32,000 nucleotides of DNA, from positions 3,117 through 35,116 of the forward strand of contig JAFSUW010000006.1 of NCBI GenBank assembly GCA_017450465.1, in the 5' to 3' direction. Origin of the DNA: Clostridia bacterium. Its GTDB lineage: Bacteria; Bacillota; Clostridia; TANB77; RGIG9151. The position numbers were made by a program, and so were the translations under genes. Of the stretch, positions 7,891 to 15,357 are shown in pieces; position 1 is the first letter of the stretch; each line of letters opens with the position of its first letter. The notes under the pieces are model-generated. The model was not told where the DNA came from. It searched no databases and was given only the letters and a program-made list of their open reading frames with translations.

Positions 7891-9213
7891 TTAGTCTATT
7901 TGTGTTCCACAATTTGTGCAGAATTTACCAATTGCTTCTGTTCCACATTTTGGACATACTCTCTTTTGTGGTACTACTGGTGCTTCATATTTTGTTCCAC
8001 ATTCACCACAGAAATTACCTGCAACTTGAGCTCCACAATTTGGGCAAATCTTTCCGCCTAAATTTTCTGGCGCTGGTGTTGTTTGTGCTGGTTTATCCCA
8101 AGCCATCTTTGCTGCTCCAGGTGCGTTAGGAGCTGCTGCTACTGGGGTATCCCATCCCATTCTTGCAGGGCCAGGTGCACTTGGAGTTTGTGCTGCTGCA
8201 GCTGCCTGAGGATTTGGTTGCATTGGAGCTGCTCCGCCAAATGCTCCTGCTGTTGCATTACCAAAGGCACCGCCGCTTGCCATGCCCATCATTCCTACTC
8301 CCATAAATCCATTCATTGTACCGTTTGGATTGTTTGCTGCATCTTCTATAGCATTTGCATAAGAACCAACAAGTGTACCTTGTTGTTGATATGCGTCTCC
8401 ACCGATTTCGTATTTATTAATCTTTTCATTTGATTCATCATCAAGTGTTAAGCTTTCAACTATAAATGATACAATCTTTAAACCCCTATCTCTAATTGGT
8501 TGGTCAAATACTGCAGTATCCATTATTTGTTTAATTTCATCAGTTTTGTTTGGAAGCTCTAATACTTCTATTTTATATTGGTCACTACCTAAACTGTTCA
8601 TAACGTTTACAAATGAACCAATAACTTCTGCTCTAATTTGTTCTGTTAAATCTTCCTTTTTGTAAACTTCTGATAGACCAGCTATCTTTGACATAAATAC
8701 AAAAGGATCAGCAATTTGGAATGTATATGTTCCAAAGCATTTTACCTTTACGCTCATAGCGAGATATGAGTTTGTTCTTGCATTCATTATTGGGTGGCCC
8801 CAATCTTTATATGGAACTGGATTTGGTGTTCCAAATTTGTTACCAATTATTTCTTTTGTGTTGAAGAAGTAAACAGCTTGTTCTTTTGCTGTTGCTCCAT
8901 TAAATGTGAAACGTTGCCACATTTCTTTGAACATCTCACCAAATTGTCCTGCAAATAATGATGGTGTAGATGATGTATCGAATGTATAGAAACCTTCTTC
9001 TGCTGTTGCATCTACAATTCGACCATTATCATATATGATTGCTCCTTGACCAGGTCCAACAATTACAACACTCTTGTTTGAAATAACTCCTGTTGGTGTT
9101 GTTTTCTTAACCATAAGTATGTCATTACCCATTTCTTCACAACGTATGGCCTCTTTCCATTGGTCTTGCAATGTGCTTCCTATGGCACCTGCTGCTGCTC
9201 TTATTAATCCCAT
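7891..9213 (-). CDS. SPFH/Band-7 family protein of the YdjI/COG4260 type with a low-complexity linker and two C-terminal zinc ribbons
   Basis: The N-terminus MGLIRAAAGAIGSTLQDQWKE...ILMVKK...VIVGPGQGAIIYDNGRIVD is typical of YdjI-like SPFH proteins. An Ala/Gly/Pro-rich linker follows. Ribbons are CPNCGAQVAGNFCGECGT and CPKCGTEAIGKFCTNCGT. Confidence 0.7.
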   Translation of the reverse strand: MGLIRAAAGAIGSTLQDQWKEAIRCEEMGNDILMVKKTTPTGVISNKSVVIVGPGQGAIIYDNGRIVDATAEEGFYTFDTSSTPSLFAGQFGEMFKEMWQRFTFNGATAKEQAVYFFNTKEIIGNKFGTPNPVPYKDWGHPIMNARTNSYLAMSVKVKCFGTYTFQIADPFVFMSKIAGLSEVYKKEDLTEQIRAEVIGSFVNVMNSLGSDQYKIEVLELPNKTDEIKQIMDTAVFDQPIRDRGLKIVSFIVESLTLDDESNEKINKYEIGGDAYQQQGTLVGSYANAIEDAANNPNGTMNGFMGVGMMGMASGGAFGNATAGAFGGAAPMQPNPQAAAAAQTPSAPGPARMGWDTPVAAAPNAPGAAKMAWDKPAQTTPAPENLGGKICPNCGAQVAGNFCGECGTKYEAPVVPQKRVCPKCGTEAIGKFCTNCGTQID

Positions 9214-9324
9214 AATTAATACCTCCTATATATTTTTATTGTAGTTTCATTTTTTATAAAGCAAATATATTATATCGTTTTTTGTCGATTTATGCAATAT
9301 GTAAAATTTCGAATAGTTTTTCTG

Positions 9325-10893
9325 TTAAACGTAATTACACGTACCTATGAACGCCCAACCAGCTTTTGTACCATCATAATCAACAACAACATCGTTATAA
9401 TTTATTGGCTGACTAGGAGGTACATTACCTACATACACACATAATTTTTTGTTTACACCATCACTTATTGATAATACATAAAACTTGCTTGGTTCATTAT
9501 TAAAAGATTTTGCTTTATATTTATCAGATATATATGCTGGGCATAAACCTTCTAGCGTATTATATTCAACTGGTGTTGTAGGCAGAACTCTTTCTCCATA
9601 ATCAGAGTCAGTTGCCCAAATTATTATTGCTCGATATATTTGTTCTGCTTTAACCTTATCGACTAACCATGTTTCCATATAATTCACTTTTTTACCTGTT
9701 TTATCTATATAAAAACCCTCTCCTTTTTTCTCTACTTCTGCTATTCCTTCATCAAATTCTTCTGCATTATCATATTTACATTCCACCACTTCTTCGCCAT
9801 TCGTATTTATATAACCCCATTTATCATTTTTACATACTGCAGCCATTCCTTCATTAAATTCTTCTGCATCATCATATTTACATTCCACCACTTCTTCACC
9901 ATTCGTATTTATATAACCCCATTTGTCATTTTTACATACTACAGCCATTCCTTCATTAAAACCTCCTGCCCAATCATATTTACATTCCACCACCTCTTCA
10001 CCATTCGTATTTATATAACCCCATTTGTCATTTTTACATACTGTAGCCATTCCTTCATTAAAAGCCCCTGCATAATCATATTTAAATTCTATTACTTCTT
10101 CACCATTCGTATTTATATAACCCCATTCTCCATCTTTTCTAGCTTTTACTAATCCTTCACTAAAAGTATCTACATATTCATATTTACATTCAATTATTTC
10201 TTCTCCAGCTACATTTATAAAACCCAACTTATCTCCTTTTTCTACTCTTGCAAATCCTCCATCAAAATGCCATGCATCATCATATTTACATTCAACTATT
10301 TCTTCTCCTTGTTCATTTATATAACCATATTTCCCATCCTTTTTTACTACTGCCATTCCTTCACTAAATTTAGATGAATAGTCATATTTAGATGGTACAT
10401 TTCCACCTATCTCTACTGTACGAGAAATTGCATTCCAATTTATATTAATGCCAAGTACTTCACCTATTGCTCTAAGCGGTAAATATGTACTACCTTCTAT
10501 TACCACTACTGGTTTGTCTGTAGCCCATTTTTCCCCATCTATAAATATTGGAAAACTAGCATCTACTGCTTCATAATGGCTTTTAATTTTGGCGTTACTT
10601 ATTTCAACTTTTCTAACCTCATTTTTGGAGCTACTATCAATCTCTACTCTATGAAGAGCCTCATTCCAATTCACATTAACGCCAAGTACTTCACCTATAG
10701 CCCTTAATGGTAAATACGTACTATTATCTATAAGTAAAATCGGTTTATTTGTTTCCCAAATTTCTCCACTAATTATTATTGGGAAATTTGCTATAAATGC
10801 ATCATAGGTTGCTGCCAAAGATACTATAGTATTAAAAGCTAATATGCCCACTAATAAACTACTAAAAAGCAATTTTTTAACTTTACTCCTCAT
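9325..10893 (-). CDS. Secreted WG (KWG) repeat protein with two copper-amine-oxidase-N-terminal-like domains
   Basis: The likely start is MRSKVKKLL at 10893 (RBS GGGAGG). STYLPLRAIGEVLG(V/I)N(V/I)NWN occurs twice. There are about 7 repeats of DKWGYINTNGEEVVECKYD. Confidence 0.75.
   Translation of the reverse strand: MRSKVKKLLFSSLLVGILAFNTIVSLAATYDAFIANFPIIISGEIWETNKPILLIDNSTYLPLRAIGEVLGVNVNWNEALHRVEIDSSSKNEVRKVEISNAKIKSHYEAVDASFPIFIDGEKWATDKPVVVIEGSTYLPLRAIGEVLGININWNAISRTVEIGGNVPSKYDYSSKFSEGMAVVKKDGKYGYINEQGEEIVECKYDDAWHFDGGFARVEKGDKLGFINVAGEEIIECKYEYVDTFSEGLVKARKDGEWGYINTNGEEVIEFKYDYAGAFNEGMATVCKNDKWGYINTNGEEVVECKYDWAGGFNEGMAVVCKNDKWGYINTNGEEVVECKYDDAEEFNEGMAAVCKNDKWGYINTNGEEVVECKYDNAEEFDEGIAEVEKKGEGFYIDKTGKKVNYMETWLVDKVKAEQIYRAIIIWATDSDYGERVLPTTPVEYNTLEGLCPAYISDKYKAKSFNNEPSKFYVLSISDGVNKKLCVYVGNVPPSQPINYNDVVVDYDGTKAGWAFIGTCNYV
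9745..10360 (-). repeat. 102-bp (34-aa) coding tandem repeats; four near-identical copies plus degenerate ones
   Basis: catatttacattccaccac(t/c)tcttc recurs at 9771, 9873 and 9975, with a variant at 10077. Confidence 0.85.
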
Positions 10894-10987
10894 AACTTTT
10901 CCTCCCATAAATAAAATATTACTCCATTAATGTGTATCGGCATTCTGAAAATTTATTTAATGTTTAATTTTAAATTAAGCATTATAT

Positions 10988-11088
10988 TAAAACAGCTAAT
11001 CCGTCGGCTAAAGCCGACACTTGCATCTAAAGTAAGTGATGATTAATTAACTATGGCCGATGTGAGCATCGGCCACTACAGTGTTTTA
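10988..11088. repeat. About 100-bp intergenic element with two GC-rich hairpins and TAAAACA-type inverted termini
   Basis: Hairpins are gtcggc-taaa-gccgac (11003-11018) and ggccgatg-tgag-catcggcc (11055-11074). The termini taaaacag (10988) and cagtgtttta (11079) are roughly inverted. Confidence 0.5.
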
Positions 11089-11123
11089 TCAGCATTTTCT
11101 CAAAAAAGGCTTTAAATTAGCGC

Positions 11124-14100
11124 CTACGATCTTTCAATTTTGCTACCTTCTTCGGTTTTTACTACTTCAATGCTTTCTTTAAATCGTGCCTTCATTGCGG
11201 CATCATGTGTTATCGCCATTACTTTTATGTTTTTATAACGTTCTCCTATAGTGTTTAAGGCATCACAATACGCCTCTACGCCCTCTTCATCCAAAAATGG
11301 TGGTTCATCTATAAATAACATTCCTAGCTGAACTCCTGCACAACTTGCTTTTATTTCGGCAAGTGCTATTATTGAAGAAAGTGCCGCCTTTACCTTTTCT
11401 CCACCAGATTTTGATAAGTATGGTAGTATACCTATTCCTTCTTCTTTTATAAATATATCTAATGTAACAACCTCTTTTTTGTTACTCTTTAGTACCTTTT
11501 CTGTCCTAAATTCAAGTTCAGTTTTTCCTGATGTCATATTGCCTAATATATTGTTTGCCGTCTTTGTTAATACTGGTATGACAGAAGATACAATATTATG
11601 CGGAATTCCGTCTTGTGAAAACGCTATTTTTAATGTCTCATAAATTGATATCTTATGATTTAATTCTTTTATTTCTTTCTTAAGTGATTCTAAATTATCT
11701 TTTTTGCTTACTAAATCTTTCTGCCTTTGCAAAATTGCGCCAAGTTCTTTACTATAATTACTATGTACCTCTTTTTGTGAATTTATATCAGCCGTAAGAG
11801 TTGTTACTTCTTCAGTAATTTTTTCGATTCCATCAGTTTCACCACTTAATTTTGTTATGTCGGTCATAACTTTTTCATGCTGCTTTAATAAATCTACTTT
11901 GTTACTTCGAAGTTCCTCTATCCTCGATTTTGCATTATTTATTCTTTCCGTTGCAACTGGTAGCATCTTTTCATCTTCAGCAAAATGTTCGTATTCAGCT
12001 ATATCTTTTTTTAGCACATCATACTCTTTTAACATACCTTCATACTGTGATAATTCTTTTGACATATCATTAAGTTTTTTTAGTATAGTAGCATGATTAT
12101 CTAGTTCATTATCAAGTAATGCTTTTTGTTGATTTATTGAACTTAAAAGAACTTGTGCTTTTTGCTTTTCAAGAACTAATGCTTCAAATTCATGCATGCC
12201 ACTTTCAAGCTTAGATAATTTAGCTTTTAAGTCATTTACTATATTAGTATCATAGTTTAATTTTTCTATTGTGGCTTTTACACTAACACCTTTTTCTTTA
12301 AGCAGATTTAACTTTTCTTCATAGTAAGTATTTAATCTTGCTATTTCATTTTCAAGCGGTTCTATATCTATTTCTGCTTTCTTTGCATTAGATAAAAACT
12401 TACAGTTTGCATTTTTTATATCAATGCAATTACTACTTTTTAATATAGCTACTTTTTCTTTTAATGCTTTTAATTGTTCTGTTTTGGGTGCTATTTTTTC
12501 AGCAAACTCTTTATTGAGTGCAGAATATTCTTCACGTACCTTAACTAATTCATTGTTTAATTTTACATACTCTTCCGACTTCAAATTCATTTTTTCATAT
12601 TCTATTTTTGTTAAATTATACTCATCAGATACTGCCTTTAATTCTTTTTCACGAGCCAAATTTTTGTTTATTTTTTCATACTCAATATTACTTTTCTTAT
12701 ACTCATCTTCAAATTTTTTGCAAAGCAAATTAGATTTGTTTTCTTCATCTTTGCGCTCATTATAAAGCTTATCTAATGAGTCATAAGATTTCTTTGCACT
12801 TAAAAATTCTTTCTCTTTTTCAAGTAAATCTTTGTATTTTTTTAAGCCAAGTTTTATTTGTGATTCTTTGTTTAGTATTTTACTATTTTCATCTGCAATT
12901 TTATTAAAATCTACAATGCTTTTTTCTGTTTCATCTACTTTTAATAGCAATTTACTTGCTTCTTCTTTTAATCTATTTACTTCTTTTAACGCGTTTTCTT
13001 TGTTAAGTAGCTGCATATTTAATTTTTCGCGTTTTAGCTCATCGATATCTATTTTGGCTTTTACATCTTTTATTTTTACATTATATTCTTCTACACTTGC
13101 TTTTGTACTATCAAGTTCAGATAAAACACTATCTAATTCTGCTATTTTATCCGAACTATTGTTATACTCACGATTTAAGTCAGTAAGTATATTACGAACT
13201 TTATTTTCCATTGTGTCATATATAGAAAGGCCCAATATACTATATAGAGTATTCATCCTGCTTTCTACATCAGATTGCAAAAATAGGCCATACTGGTCTT
13301 GCATTATAAGGGCACAACTCTTAAAAGTCATGCTATCCATGCCAATAATATTTATGATTTCGTTTTGAGTATCTTTTACTTTTTCTTTGGATAAGTTTTG
13401 CCAATCATCATTCAAAAATTCAGATAAATTTAATGTGGCTTTTCCACTTTTAGTTCTTGTCCTTGCCACTTTAAATAATCTCTCGCCAATCTTAAATGTA
13501 AAAATAATACTACCACTTTTGGCATCAGATTTAATCCAGCCAGTTAAATCATTTTCACGTGGTTCTTCATAAAGTGCATCTAAAATAGCATCCATGAAAA
13601 ATGACGATTTACCAGAACCATTTTTGCCATTGATTACACAAAAACTTATTTTAGAAAAATCAAACGATTCTTCTAAATAATTTCTATAATTTTTTACTTC
13701 TAGAGAAACCGGTTCAAAAACACCATGCACACCTTTTGCCTCTTGCTCAGCTAAAGTATCTGTTATTATTTCTTTGGCTAAATTTAGTGTATCGTCATCG
13801 TATTTATTTTTGTCTTTTAAATATATTTTTAAGTTAGTAAATGGATCAGTTTCTTCATAAACTTTTTCTTTACCAAGCGATGTATTTTCATTTTTTTGCG
13901 TTATAGAATTTACAAAAAATGATCCTAAATCGTATAACTTTTTTTCAATAGTAGATTTGTTAAGTAAATTAGAAATTTCATCATCACATTCATACTCGAT
14001 GCGCACCATCTTATCGTTTACATCACTAAACTCGAAACTACCTTCAATTAATTCTTGAACATCGCTACTCGTTAAGCTTATGGTTTCTAACTCTCTATAT

Positions 14101-14921
14101 GGAGTTTTTATAAAATCATGTGTTTTATTTTTTATATCATGTATCCAAAAGCCACGTTTTTCGTTTTCGTCATTAAATGTTATTGTATTTATTGCACCAG
14201 AATAGTAGACATCATCCATCACCATTTGTGGAGTGTGTATATGCCCAAGTGTTACTAAATCAAACTTTGCTTTTTTTAATGTTTCCTTAGTTATAATCGG
14301 GTCAGTTCCTGAAAATAGCATGTTCTCACTACCGCTATATTTTGCATCTGCTACTGCAAAGTGTGCTACCAAAATTTTAGGAATATTTTTATCACATTCG
14401 TTTGATAATTCAAGTATTTTGTTATTTACTTCTTCTGTAAAAACTACTGCCTCTTCCTCTGCCGATTCCCCATTTAATTTGGTTCTGTTATCTCCTTTAA
14501 TGAAGCCCGGCATAGCAACAATTTGTACTTCTTCGCCAGTGCGTAGCGTAAACTTTTCCATATCTGGTTTTAAAAATACTTTTACATTATTGTTATAAAT
14601 AAAATGCGATTTAATCATATTAAACTGTTCTTCGCCATCATGATTTGGTGTGCCACGAAGTACAACTACATCGCAAATACTAGATAATCTATCAATAAGT
14701 TGTATCGCACGATTAGTTTCAAAAAGACCTCTGTCCGCCCAAACTTTTGCTTGATGAAAAATATCGCCAGCAATAATTGCTAAATCTGGTTTAATCGTAC
14801 TTGCCTCTTTTATCATAAAATTGATACAGTTTAATGTATCCTCTAAACGCAAATTCTTTCCATTTTTTTCTGGCCCTTTTAAATTACCTATATGCCAATC
14901 AGCTGTATGTAATATTCTCAT
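11124..14921 (-). CDS. Fused SbcD-SbcC (Mre11-type nuclease plus Rad50-type ABC ATPase) in a single polypeptide
   Basis: The N-terminal phosphoesterase motifs are DWHIG, GDIFH, GTPNHD, VAHF and GHIH. Then come Walker A GKNGSGKS, Q-loop IMQDQ, a ~570-aa coiled coil, signature SGGEKVK, Walker B LFIDEP and H-loop ITHD. It is one uninterrupted 1265-codon ORF. Confidence 0.8.
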   Translation of the reverse strand: MRILHTADWHIGNLKGPEKNGKNLRLEDTLNCINFMIKEASTIKPDLAIIAGDIFHQAKVWADRGLFETNRAIQLIDRLSSICDVVVLRGTPNHDGEEQFNMIKSHFIYNNNVKVFLKPDMEKFTLRTGEEVQIVAMPGFIKGDNRTKLNGESAEEEAVVFTEEVNNKILELSNECDKNIPKILVAHFAVADAKYSGSENMLFSGTDPIITKETLKKAKFDLVTLGHIHTPQMVMDDVYYSGAINTITFNDENEKRGFWIHDIKNKTHDFIKTPYRELETISLTSSDVQELIEGSFEFSDVNDKMVRIEYECDDEISNLLNKSTIEKKLYDLGSFFVNSITQKNENTSLGKEKVYEETDPFTNLKIYLKDKNKYDDDTLNLAKEIITDTLAEQEAKGVHGVFEPVSLEVKNYRNYLEESFDFSKISFCVINGKNGSGKSSFFMDAILDALYEEPRENDLTGWIKSDAKSGSIIFTFKIGERLFKVARTRTKSGKATLNLSEFLNDDWQNLSKEKVKDTQNEIINIIGMDSMTFKSCALIMQDQYGLFLQSDVESRMNTLYSILGLSIYDTMENKVRNILTDLNREYNNSSDKIAELDSVLSELDSTKASVEEYNVKIKDVKAKIDIDELKREKLNMQLLNKENALKEVNRLKEEASKLLLKVDETEKSIVDFNKIADENSKILNKESQIKLGLKKYKDLLEKEKEFLSAKKSYDSLDKLYNERKDEENKSNLLCKKFEDEYKKSNIEYEKINKNLAREKELKAVSDEYNLTKIEYEKMNLKSEEYVKLNNELVKVREEYSALNKEFAEKIAPKTEQLKALKEKVAILKSSNCIDIKNANCKFLSNAKKAEIDIEPLENEIARLNTYYEEKLNLLKEKGVSVKATIEKLNYDTNIVNDLKAKLSKLESGMHEFEALVLEKQKAQVLLSSINQQKALLDNELDNHATILKKLNDMSKELSQYEGMLKEYDVLKKDIAEYEHFAEDEKMLPVATERINNAKSRIEELRSNKVDLLKQHEKVMTDITKLSGETDGIEKITEEVTTLTADINSQKEVHSNYSKELGAILQRQKDLVSKKDNLESLKKEIKELNHKISIYETLKIAFSQDGIPHNIVSSVIPVLTKTANNILGNMTSGKTELEFRTEKVLKSNKKEVVTLDIFIKEEGIGILPYLSKSGGEKVKAALSSIIALAEIKASCAGVQLGMLFIDEPPFLDEEGVEAYCDALNTIGERYKNIKVMAITHDAAMKARFKESIEVVKTEEGSKIERS

Positions 14922-14933
14922 AAAAAATTCTCC

Positions 14934-14960
14934 TTAAAAAAAGTGCCGGTACCGGCACTT
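14934..14960 (-). terminator. Terminator of the small peptide gene (perfect 20-bp palindrome plus T-run)
   Basis: aagtgccggtaccggcactt (14941-14960) is followed on the minus strand by T7. It overlaps the TAA stop at 14959-14961. Confidence 0.7.
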
Positions 14961-15114
14961 ATACATTAAAATCTTCTAATGTGGTATTGCTATATGCCTC
15001 ACTCACATCATTTGTCATTGGTTCTTCGGGTTTTGTGGATGCTACACTAATTGCTGCCACTAATAATAGTGCTGCAATTATTAGATAGACCTTTTTTGTA
15101 AATATTTTTTTCAT
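14959..15114 (-). CDS. Unannotated 51-aa secreted small protein or pro-peptide (not in the ORF track)
   Basis: My manual translation is MKKIFTKKVYLIIAALLLVAAISVASTKPEEPMTNDVSEAYSNTTLEDFNV. RBS AAAGGAGAA lies 6-7 nt before the ATG. It has a signal-peptide-like N-terminus and its own terminator. Confidence 0.5.
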   Translation of the reverse strand: MKKIFTKKVYLIIAALLLVAAISVASTKPEEPMTNDVSEAYSNTTLEDFNV

Positions 15115-15278
15115 TTGTTATTCTCCTTTTATCTTTTGATAAATTTAGTATATATTTTTTATTTTAAAAAGTAAATGGTAATTATTAAAAATAAATTTTG
15201 TATATGATGTTGACATAAAACAAACTGTGCATCTGCTTGAATTGTGATCCTATAAACATTTGGTATTCTACATAATTG

Positions 15279-15326
15279 TGGTCAATTGCCCCCGTCCCCA
15301 TTGACAAGTCTGTCCCCCGTGACAAC
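15279..15326 (+). repeat. Copy B of the ~48-bp C-rich repeat seen at 201-248
   Basis: tggtcaattgcccccgtccccattgacaagtctgtcccccgtgacaac aligns with ttgtcagttgcccccgtcccttctgacaagcctgtccccgttgaccac. Confidence 0.7.
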
Positions 15327-15354
15327 ATAAAAAATAGAGGTGATACCTCTATTT
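15327..15354 (-). terminator. Terminator of the GHL10-like gene
   Basis: The stem aatagaggt/acctctatt has a 3-nt loop and a T-run on the minus strand. It lies 4 nt after the stop at 15358. Confidence 0.65.
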
Positions 15355-15357
15355 TTG

